The position numbers and the translations under genes are program-made. The notes under the pieces are model-generated. The model was not told the origin of the DNA, did not search any database, and worked only from the letters and a program-made list of their open reading frames with translations. DNA of 64,000 nt from Eubacteriaceae bacterium (GTDB taxonomy: Bacteria; Bacillota; Clostridia; Peptostreptococcales; Anaerovoracaceae): contig JAYFPY010000004.1 in the NCBI GenBank assembly GCA_034927505.1, positions 13,735 to 77,734 on the forward strand. Reading direction: 5' to 3'. Of this stretch, positions 32,101-38,460 are shown one piece after another (position 1 is the stretch's first letter; every line of letters begins with the position of its first letter).

Positions 32101-33331
32101 TTTTATATGACTTGATGAATCCCTCATTGCCGCATTCAGTGATGAGTCCTTCAGCTCCATCTATTGTTCTGTTGATATCCTTGCCGGTTGTAGAATCTCT
32201 CCATTTTTCTGCAGCATTGAATCCGGCGATCCCGCCGACATTACCCGACCACAATGCTGTCAAAGCCACTTTTGATATTACCCTTTTGATAGTGCCGCAG
32301 TTGAATCCGGCAACGCTGCCTACAAAATCCGATGTAGGATCTACACCCGTGCTTTTGCCTTCAGTAGATGTACATGTTACCGCTCCTATAACCGTAAGAT
32401 TTTCTATTGTCCCGGCGTTGAAACCGAACAGACCTGTGAAATTAGGTTCTGCTCCGTCAACTGTCTTCGCATTAATATTAAGATTTTTTATCGTTTTACC
32501 GTTACCGTCAAAGGTGCCTTTGAATTTATAAGTTGCAGTTCCGTCTTCCAGTTTAGCACCGCCGCCTATCGGCGTGAACTCCTTGTCATTGAGATCGATG
32601 TTCTTTGACAGTTTTATGTATTTCCCATCGAAAGTGTTCCCGCTGTTTACCTGCGATGACAGATAAGCCATATGTGTGCCATTTGATATGATATAAGGAT
32701 CTGCCTCGGTCCCTGTTCCGGATTCAAATCCGGTCCCTGCGGTTCCATCCCACTCATTTTTTGAAACGGAAATGGTGGTTTTCTCTGTGCTGAAAAGACC
32801 GCTGATCCAGTTTGTTTTATTAAAGTCCTTCGTTCCCGTTTGACCGTATACCAGCATTCCTGTATCTTTTGTAATTATTGGATCCACTTTGACTTTTGTA
32901 TCGTCATCGACCAGCGCTCCGTCCTTCAAAGTAAACGAATATCGATCTGTTCCAAACAGCTCTTTTACCGTCATATCTCTGGAAACGTCATCCGCTGCAG
33001 ATTTAACAGTTATTATCTGCTCTTCATCCAGTTTTGATACATCTATATTCGCCTTTGCAAGAATATCCGCAAGTTTAACTCCTGTATATTCGCTGCTGTC
33101 TACGCCCTTCTTATTTAGCGAACTGTATGTTGCAGTTACAGGTGTCAGGGAATTATACATATCCTCCGTAACTGTTGCAGTATCGCTTCCGTATGCGATT
33201 TTCAATTTTGCAGTGTCATCTGCCGAAGCTTTCGATGTCATGCCTGCAAACAGCGACATTATCATTACTAAAGTAATGAACATCGCTAACATTTTCTGAG
33301 ATTTCTTTCTCACAGTATTATCTGTGTACAT
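29147..33331 (-). CDS. giant secreted surface protein (SUOX-like N-module, GLUG-type repeats, Big_3-like Ig domains, FN3, basic FN3-like tail)
   Basis: Start at ATG 33331 (AAGGGAG SD). Signal peptide MLAMFITLVMIMSLFAGMTSKASA. YTGVKLADIL module. More than 15 G-G-I-[AV]-G repeats (GGIAGFN, IGGIVGET, TGGIVGVG, IGGIIGQS...). Three Ig-like repeats (TKTDYVEGQTFSDAGMVLTATYSDGTTQNL). Coiled coil, FN3, and C-terminus VSWKEVKGASKYQV...KKGKKYYVKVRVYRTVNKTKVYG. Confidence 0.8.
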   Translation of the reverse strand: MYTDNTVRKKSQKMLAMFITLVMIMSLFAGMTSKASADDTAKLKIAYGSDTATVTEDMYNSLTPVTATYSSLNKKGVDSSEYTGVKLADILAKANIDVSKLDEEQIITVKSAADDVSRDMTVKELFGTDRYSFTLKDGALVDDDTKVKVDPIITKDTGMLVYGQTGTKDFNKTNWISGLFSTEKTTISVSKNEWDGTAGTGFESGTGTEADPYIISNGTHMAYLSSQVNSGNTFDGKYIKLSKNIDLNDKEFTPIGGGAKLEDGTATYKFKGTFDGNGKTIKNLNINAKTVDGAEPNFTGLFGFNAGTIENLTVIGAVTCTSTEGKSTGVDPTSDFVGSVAGFNCGTIKRVISKVALTALWSGNVGGIAGFNAAEKWRDSTTGKDINRTIDGAEGLITECGNEGFIKSYKKIGGIVGETEGTVSKCYNHGNIYTQFSGSGNGQAGIAGRTGCNNTEWGNGHIVNCYNTGAVNTKALEATPNYFDSRWIAGITGFTSKSSTVTNCYTVGTIYQGYKDYCAIAPRGDATTTLVNNYALDTIAYYKDFEGDTARNGIRKTDAEMKAASFLTDLGGAYVADKATNVNNGYPILRWQSDSTATVTKVEMKSQPTKTDYVEGQTFSDAGMVLTATYSDGTTQNLTAVDYKISNTDELKPTDTKETVSGTFEGKDFSFDTNITVTENQLDSVGITTAPTKMYYAAGEKFDSKDMKLTVSYTNGKTEALTEGFTCTDTALTTGTNTITVSYKYKDTTKSDTIKVEALDMTNAPKQDAAGTYLITGASELQAFSDMVGKMGKTDINAKVTKNIDLSEIKYTPIGRTLSITIETGNGKKPYYSKQFYYNGTFDGSGKTIKMGMDSTTAYTGLVGVLSNGAVKNVITSGNVKSTASYTGGIVAQIYGSGTVSGCINRASVSGSSQTGGIVGVGSSNASKVINCKNTAKVAGTSFIGGIIGQSNKTTVTNCINNGDVTATAGNIGGIVGNAGEAVYKCGNTGDISGTSNIGGVAGNYASPSGTADNLYNTGEVKGTYSVGGIYGTGYIKTTTNCFNLGAVTASEGSATQGVGGIVGTQGNYVTDMTNCYNAGIVTGSNGTVKTGSIMGYTPKDASISNTFYLTGTAASSVGGNSAAATVTDNSAVKTSDELKVLAGTLGEAYTDTSGYPQFTWEWSDWFYSGMGDLQEKLEEADKNSQMQLDEIDDLKAQLASVKVASPITVTATATSYNSGKVSWNMVSAAQGYEVYRSTSANGTYSLISKISDPKTVSLSQTGLQCGTTYYYKVRAFNTYSDSKAQTHTVYGNYSEVKGLRPTPAKTKIKTKAGKKKLTVSWKEVKGASKYQVSISTSKKKTKIVKTLPVSKKSYKKTKLKKGKKYYVKVRVYRTVNKTKVYGGWSSIKTVKVK

Positions 33332-33418
33332 CTTTTCTCCCTTCATTTTACAATCTGTTTTGCAAATCTATCAATAATTCTTAAGACTTAATCAGACTGA
33401 CATTATACTTCATCATTC

Positions 33419-33447
33419 AAAAAAAGCATGTTGGCTCGCCAACATAC
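33419..33447 (-). terminator. strong intrinsic terminator in the leader upstream of the cluster
   Basis: Minus strand reads GUAUGUUGG-CGAG-CCAACAUGC (9-bp stem with one G.U pair, tetraloop) followed by UUUUUUU. Lies about 85 nt upstream of the 33331 start codon. Confidence 0.7.
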
Positions 33448-33634
33448 TTTGCAATTTCCCGTATTTATTTTCTCTTTTTATCATAATGACAACATTTATC
33501 TATCATATTGGATGCTTTTCGAGCCGCTTCGGCTCTTCTTATTTCTCTTTGTTGTTAAGGTATTCTTTACGGTTCTGGCCTGGCTGTTTATCATTGTCTA
33601 AAATACTGTGGCAGTATCTTGCTCTTCTATTGAT

Positions 33635-33663
33635 ATTATACTGGCTGGCCGTCTGCATTTCAA
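33635..33663 (-). promoter_or_regulatory. consensus sigma-A type promoter facing the cluster
   Basis: Minus strand reads TTGAAA-17 nt-TATAAT (-35 at 33658-33663, -10 at 33635-33640). Predicted TSS about 33627-33628. Confidence 0.55.
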
Positions 33664-33717
33664 CTTGCCGCAAAAACAAACTCGCGCTTTTCTTCCCCGA
33701 TATGATATAATCGCTTC

Positions 33718-34335
33718 ATGAAACATCTATTCATCGAAGGACCCGTACAACAGGGCAAATCAACTTTACTGAGAAAATGTCTGGAACCGTACAAAGACAG
33801 ACTGGGCGGCTTTTCCTCACAGCGACTCATGCGTGCGGGAGAAATACCGGCGGCTTATCGTATCACGGAAGCAGGCGATTTCTGCCTGCAGCGGGAATCC
33901 GACTTGTCTCTTCCGGGCATCTTTCAGATACGCACCCGAGATGGCTCTGAAAAACATCCGGAGATCTTTTCCGAGTTCGGCGTAGAACTTTTAGAGGCAG
34001 CAAAAGATAAGGATCTGATCCTGCTGGACGAGATCGGAGGCTCTGAGCTGCTGGTCCCGGAGTTCCGGGAAAATCTGTATGAGATACTGGGCGGAGACGT
34101 CCCCTGTATCGGTGTGATCAAGCTCAATGAAAAAGCCAGATTCATGAGCGCCAAGGCCGGATACCCGAAAACTGTTTCTGAAATGAACAGCCGCCTTCGA
34201 AAAGATATAACAGAAAGGTTCGACGGCCACATTATTTCTATCTTGGACATGCCGGATCGATCTTCAAATAATTATGCGATACTGAAGAAAAAAATAGAGG
34301 AGTTTTTATGTGGGATATTTACGACAAACTGTTAG
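33718..34335 (+). CDS. P-loop NTPase (THEP1/NTPase_1-like)
   Basis: Walker A at the N-terminus (IEGPVQQGKSTLL) and Walker B LILLDEIGGSEL. 205 aa. Confidence 0.7.
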   Translation: MKHLFIEGPVQQGKSTLLRKCLEPYKDRLGGFSSQRLMRAGEIPAAYRITEAGDFCLQRESDLSLPGIFQIRTRDGSEKHPEIFSEFGVELLEAAKDKDLILLDEIGGSELLVPEFRENLYEILGGDVPCIGVIKLNEKARFMSAKAGYPKTVSEMNSRLRKDITERFDGHIISILDMPDRSSNNYAILKKKIEEFLCGIFTTNC

Positions 34336-35039
34336 CTGAAATACCGAAAGGGCCTACTGTCGACTGCGTACATCAAGGTCCGACGTGGACCCTGGTCAAA
34401 GCCGGCGATCTGACCGGGATCGCAGTCACTATCAACGAAGCCCATCTTTCCATACCGACCTACGATCATCTGGAAGGCCGCAGTCTGAAAGAAGTCGCTG
34501 CACTGTGCAAAGACTGGGATTTCATGACTGCAGGCGTAGGTACCGCTGCGCTCAATGCATGGCTGAGCCACAGTGATTTTGCTGCAGACGGCATCGGCGA
34601 CGCTGTCAGGACCGGCAATACTTTTGACGATTATGCCCAATTCGCAAAAGGAAAAAAAGTAGCCGTCATCGGACACTTCCGCATGCTGGAACGATCCCTT
34701 CTTGACATTTCCCAAGTCTCTATTTTAGAACGGCTTCCCGAACCGGGGGATTATCCCGATTCAGCCTGCGAATATATCTTACCGGAGCAGGACCTTGTTT
34801 TCATCACAGGGTCTGCCTTTACCAACAAAACTCTGCCTAGGCTGCTGGAACTCAGTAAAAATGCCAGGACCGTAATAGTAGGTCCCAGCACTCCATTATC
34901 CGATATTCTGTTTGATTACGGTGTGGATGAACTGTCAGGTCTTGTGCCCGGCGACATACCGGCTACACAGTTCGAGTCCATCGGCTGCGACGAGATCAGT
35001 CTGTCAAAAATCGGCACCCGCATCCGCATAAAAAAATAA
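34308..35039 (+). CDS. DUF4213/DUF364 family protein (putative heavy-metal chelation, Rossmann-like)
   Basis: GAGGAG SD. GKKVAVIGHF...DLVFITGSAFTNKTLPRLLELSKNARTVIVGPSTPL matches the DUF364 C-domain pattern as I recall it. Confidence 0.65.
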   Translation: MWDIYDKLLAEIPKGPTVDCVHQGPTWTLVKAGDLTGIAVTINEAHLSIPTYDHLEGRSLKEVAALCKDWDFMTAGVGTAALNAWLSHSDFAADGIGDAVRTGNTFDDYAQFAKGKKVAVIGHFRMLERSLLDISQVSILERLPEPGDYPDSACEYILPEQDLVFITGSAFTNKTLPRLLELSKNARTVIVGPSTPLSDILFDYGVDELSGLVPGDIPATQFESIGCDEISLSKIGTRIRIKK

Positions 35040-35786
35040 CTACTTGAATTTCAATGTCACTTCGGTACCGTCTTTGTATCCCTTCAGTTTACTGATCATG
35101 CCTTTGACGGAACCTTTCATTATGTCCTTTACAAAATCTACGATCATCACTTCCTCACCGTCAAAAAACAGTTTCACATTCCCATCATCCACGATACATT
35201 CCGACCTGTCTCTTTTGCCCTGCAGCATATCTGCCAGCAGACCTCTGCATCCGGAATCACCGCATGCGATGCAGCAGTCTTTATCGTAGTTGGGCATACG
35301 CTCCGGCGTCCTGTCAACTATGAAATCCAACAGCTTTTCCGGTTCGTCCATGCCATTGAACACAGGCAGCCCCTTATATTCTTTCATCTCTTTTGAGATC
35401 ACTCCGGCGATCCCGATGGTCAGTTCATTGATCTGTTCATCCAGTTCTTCAGTGGATTTTCCGGTAACTATATTAGGGCAGTTGGCTCCGGAGTTTCCCT
35501 CCAGCACGACCCAGTCATTAGTATAGTTTTCCAGTATTTCTTCGATGTCAGCAGATCCGGGTAACATTATGTCCGTCTCTGACAGACCTCTTGCCGTCAC
35601 CGGATGAGCTCCCGCTTTTTTGTGCTGGTCGGTGTCGGTCCCTTCCGTTTCCATGGTAAAACCCTCAAAGTGTATATTCTTTACCGATCCCACTGAAAAA
35701 CCTCTGCCGCAAAGGCCTTTTATCACCTTTGTCACTGTTGTAGTTTTTCCTGTATTAGATATGCCCTTGAACATTATCAGTTTCAT
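35040..35786 (-). CDS. MobB-like P-loop protein with Cys-rich C-terminal extension
   Basis: MKLIMFKGISNTGKTTTVTKVIKGLCGRGFSVGSVKNIH...DQHKKAGAHPV resembles the molybdopterin-guanine dinucleotide biosynthesis protein B N-domain. An extra approximately 100 aa contains CCIACGDSGCRG. Confidence 0.65.
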   Translation of the reverse strand: MKLIMFKGISNTGKTTTVTKVIKGLCGRGFSVGSVKNIHFEGFTMETEGTDTDQHKKAGAHPVTARGLSETDIMLPGSADIEEILENYTNDWVVLEGNSGANCPNIVTGKSTEELDEQINELTIGIAGVISKEMKEYKGLPVFNGMDEPEKLLDFIVDRTPERMPNYDKDCCIACGDSGCRGLLADMLQGKRDRSECIVDDGNVKLFFDGEEVMIVDFVKDIMKGSVKGMISKLKGYKDGTEVTLKFK

Positions 35787-35796
35787 TTTCGTTCCC

Positions 35797-36411
35797 CTAT
35801 TTTATTTCTTTTCCGCTGTAGTCCGCTGCCAGCTGTATCAGCCTCAAGCTGACCAGTGCCGCTCCGATTATCAGCAGCATCTGCGCTGCCATCCCGATGC
35901 CGCCTGAAATGGTGCTCCGGCCTGATGCAAAAAAGCTCCCCAGGACCAGCGCGCATACGACCAGGCCCATATACAGTTTCTTTGCGTATGTCATCCTTTT
36001 ACCGGTCTTTTCATCCCTGTTTTTTTCTGCCAGCGCCCCGGCTCCGTTCATATAATTGTATATGCCCAGCATGAGTATTATAACTGAGGCAAAGTCGATC
36101 GCCAGTGCAAACACCATCAGCGCCGTCGATCCTGTCATGATCCCTCGTATCCCCAGAGGATACGACAGACCCTTCAGGATAGCCGCAGTTATTACAAAGC
36201 CCCGGCCCCAAATAAAGCCCCGGCCGTAGCTTCCCACCAGAGACACTCCGATGATCTCGGCGATCAGCGCCGCTCCGGATACTCCTATGAAAGTAAAGTA
36301 ATAACTATATCCCAAGTCCAGCAGCATGAACAGCCCTGCGACTGCATCGATGACCATGCCCAGCCCGAACCATAAAAATCCATTGAGCCTGTATTGTATT
36401 TTATATTCCAT
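35797..36411 (-). CDS. polytopic membrane protein, unknown function (paralog A)
   Basis: 204 aa, about 6 TM helices. Central amphipathic segment NYMNGAGALAEKNRDEKTGKRM. Abuts the upstream paralog (TAAATG). Confidence 0.6.
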   Translation of the reverse strand: MEYKIQYRLNGFLWFGLGMVIDAVAGLFMLLDLGYSYYFTFIGVSGAALIAEIIGVSLVGSYGRGFIWGRGFVITAAILKGLSYPLGIRGIMTGSTALMVFALAIDFASVIILMLGIYNYMNGAGALAEKNRDEKTGKRMTYAKKLYMGLVVCALVLGSFFASGRSTISGGIGMAAQMLLIIGAALVSLRLIQLAADYSGKEIK

Positions 36412-37044
36412 TTATCTTACTTCCTTTCCATAGACCTTGTCGTACGCCCGAAGCATGAGCATGCACAGACGCAGCTGTGCTGCCAGCACGATCAGCCCCA
36501 TCACTCCGGTTGCTGCGTATTCTATATTCGGATCGAACATCCCTGAAATCGGTATGAGTATGAAACAGATCATTATTATCACAAATGATTTCTTCCCTCT
36601 GCCATCGCATTTTACTGCGATTTTCTCGCTGCCGTTCCTTCTGGCCAGAGAAGCCGCCCCCTGCAGCAAACGGTAGTATGTGTAAAACATCCCTATGATG
36701 GTAATGTAGTTCATCAGCATCACATTGAAAGAAATAAATGCCTGATCGCCCATATTATTATTAATGTTACCGTATGCCATCATTGCTTCGATAAAAACAA
36801 CAGCCATCATTACCGCTGCACATATCATTGTCCTTGCAAAAGCCGGATGATATTTTTTGATCTTGTTGGTCCCCATCAGGATCAGAAACCATGACAGCAG
36901 TAAAAGGCCCATATAGCCGAACTCTGCCAAATTCCATGTTCTGAACATCCTGACAGCTTCAAGAGCCAGCTGATCCAGCGCGATTACCACAAGGCCTATA
37001 ACAGCAGTCTTCAGCCCGCCCAGTTTGTATCTGTTATTTTTCAT
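36412..37044 (-). CDS. polytopic membrane protein, unknown function (paralog B)
   Basis: Start at MKNNRYKLGG (GGAGAG SD). Same layout as paralog A (YYRLLQGAASLARRNGSEKI). The track ORF to 37593 is an antisense over-extension across the ArsR gene. Confidence 0.6.
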   Translation of the reverse strand: MKNNRYKLGGLKTAVIGLVVIALDQLALEAVRMFRTWNLAEFGYMGLLLLSWFLILMGTNKIKKYHPAFARTMICAAVMMAVVFIEAMMAYGNINNNMGDQAFISFNVMLMNYITIIGMFYTYYRLLQGAASLARRNGSEKIAVKCDGRGKKSFVIIMICFILIPISGMFDPNIEYAATGVMGLIVLAAQLRLCMLMLRAYDKVYGKEVR

Positions 37045-37185
37045 AAAAATCTCTCCGCTGTCGGATCGTCCGACTTTTATATTATCCCATACTTGTATGG
37101 GCATTTCAAGGTATTGACATATGCTTTGTAATGTTGTATCGTAATTAGACGATGTTTTATACAGTTTGGGGAAGGGAAGAAAACT

Positions 37186-37503
37186 ATGCGTATACGAAAA
37201 GACAATGACGAAATACTCGATGATGAGGTCTCTTTGATGGCCCAATGCTCCGATGCACTTGCACATCCTGCCAGGATCCGTATGTTCAGGCATATCATGG
37301 CCTGCAACAAATCTCTGGCAAGAGTCTGCAACAAAGATCTTGTAGGGACTTTTGATTATTCCCAGGCAACGATCTCTCAGCATATCAAAAAACTCATCAC
37401 ATCCGGGCTGGTGAATGCAAAACGAGAAGACCGCTACACTTACTACTACGCCAATATCGGCACCCTTATGAAATATCTGGATGTAACTAAAAAGTTTGAA
37501 TAA
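37186..37503 (+). CDS. ArsR/SmtB family transcriptional regulator
   Basis: ALAHPARIRMFRHI...VCNKDLVGTFDYSQATISQHIKKLITSGLV is the ArsR winged-HTH pattern. Divergent from the two membrane-protein genes. Confidence 0.85.
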   Translation: MRIRKDNDEILDDEVSLMAQCSDALAHPARIRMFRHIMACNKSLARVCNKDLVGTFDYSQATISQHIKKLITSGLVNAKREDRYTYYYANIGTLMKYLDVTKKFE

Positions 37504-37504
37504 A

Positions 37505-38002
37505 CTATGAGTTTTGAATAAGCGACAACGAAGGATCACCTGCCATTTTTTCCAGGCGGTTTTTTTGTCCTTCATTTGCAAAGCCAAAACCATACTGGTA
37601 GAAATCTATCACATCAGCATCCTTTACCAGTTCTTCCAACGGCGTTCCCACTTCACTTTTTCTGCTGTGATTTTTTACAGCGATGGCTATTGCTTCGATC
37701 TCACCTTCCGAAAACAATTCCGTTGTCCTCAGAAAATCCTGTACCGGACCGAAACCGAATTCGGCATGGCCTTCCTGTTTCCCGTTTATTATCCTGCCGT
37801 AATCATGGCAGGCGCAGGCGCAGGCCGACAGGATCGGATCCAAGCCTCTATGCTGTGCCAGCATATATCCTACCTTTGCGCAACTGACAAGATGGACCCG
37901 TTCCCACTGTATCCAGTGATCCCTTTCCTCCTCCTGCACCAGCTTTTCATATTTATCTACTTCTTTCAGCAGTGCTCCCTGCAGTCTCAGTATTTTTTTC
38001 AT
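37505..38002 (-). CDS. HD domain-containing phosphohydrolase
   Basis: 165 aa with HDYGR and a downstream DADVIDF. Overlaps the rlmH stop by 4 nt. Confidence 0.7.
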   Translation of the reverse strand: MKKILRLQGALLKEVDKYEKLVQEEERDHWIQWERVHLVSCAKVGYMLAQHRGLDPILSACACACHDYGRIINGKQEGHAEFGFGPVQDFLRTTELFSEGEIEAIAIAVKNHSRKSEVGTPLEELVKDADVIDFYQYGFGFANEGQKNRLEKMAGDPSLSLIQNS

Positions 38003-38448
38003 TTATGATACTTCTCTTTCTTTATTATCTTAAAACTCCTGTATATCTGTTCCAGCAGAATGATCCTCATCATCTGATGGGGGAATGTCATGCTTGAAAA
38101 TGACAGCTTGAGATCGGACCGCCCGCTGACCCGCTCCGATAAGCCGTTGGACCCTCCGATCACAAAGGCCAGGCTGCTGTGTCCCCTGATTCCCAGCTGC
38201 TGTATTTTATCGGCCAGTTCCTCGCTGGAAAAGGCTTTCCCTTTGATCTCGAGAGTTATGACATAGTCTTCCTTTTTGATTTTTTTCAGGATATCTTCCC
38301 CTTCTTCATTGATGTCGTCTGACCGGCTTTCCTTCAGTTCCTGTATCTCGATGCGACAGTAAGCTCCCAGTCTTTTGACATATTCGCCTGCTGCCTGTGT
38401 CCAGTATTTTTCTTTCAGTTTCCCAATGCATATTATTTTTATATTCAC
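37999..38448 (-). CDS. rlmH: 23S rRNA (pseudouridine1915-N3)-methyltransferase RlmH
   Basis: MNIKIICIGKLKEKYW...AFVIGGSNGLSERV...LSFSSMTFPHQMMRIILLEQIYRSFKI is the SPOUT RlmH signature. Confidence 0.9.
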   Translation of the reverse strand: MNIKIICIGKLKEKYWTQAAGEYVKRLGAYCRIEIQELKESRSDDINEEGEDILKKIKKEDYVITLEIKGKAFSSEELADKIQQLGIRGHSSLAFVIGGSNGLSERVSGRSDLKLSFSSMTFPHQMMRIILLEQIYRSFKIIKKEKYHK

Positions 38449-38460
38449 TGTTTTCCTCTT

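Noticed and set aside
16466-33331. LPXTG sortase signals, SLH domains or choline-binding repeats in the surface proteins
   Set aside because: I searched the translated sequences by eye. There is no LPxTG (or close variant) ahead of a C-terminal hydrophobic segment, and no SLH or Cpl-7/CW_binding repeat patterns. The proteins end in the basic FN3-like module instead.
33345-33374. Second promoter-like element TTGATA-18-TAAAAT just upstream of the giant gene
   Set aside because: Its -10 ends about 2 nt from the AAGGGAG Shine-Dalgarno, so the transcript would start inside or after the SD. It is unlikely to drive SD-dependent translation of the 33331 start.
33525-33655. 39-codon minus-strand ORF MQTASQYNINRRARYCHSILDNDKQPGQNRKEYLNNKEK in the cluster leader, and the 74-aa plus-strand ORF 33486..33710
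   Set aside because: The ATG of the 39-codon ORF lies inside the promoter spacer, upstream of the -10, so it would not be transcribed from that promoter, and it has no SD. The plus-strand ORF is hydrophobic junk with no SD.
33347-33663. Known riboswitch classes (TPP/THI-box, FMN, cobalamin, Moco, T-box) in the cluster leader
   Set aside because: Scanning by eye found no CUGAGA/ACCUGAUCUGGAUAAUGCCAGCG-type THI elements and no FMN or Moco cores. Only a one-mismatch GCCACAG is present in place of the B12-box GCCACUG, without the rest of the cobalamin consensus. This needs an Infernal/Rfam scan to be definitive.
36412-37593. 393-aa minus-strand ORF
   Set aside because: Its N-terminal 182 codons are antisense to the well-supported ArsR gene (37186..37503) and its promoter region. 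The membrane-protein part starts at MKNNRYKLGG (37044), which has a GGAGAG SD.
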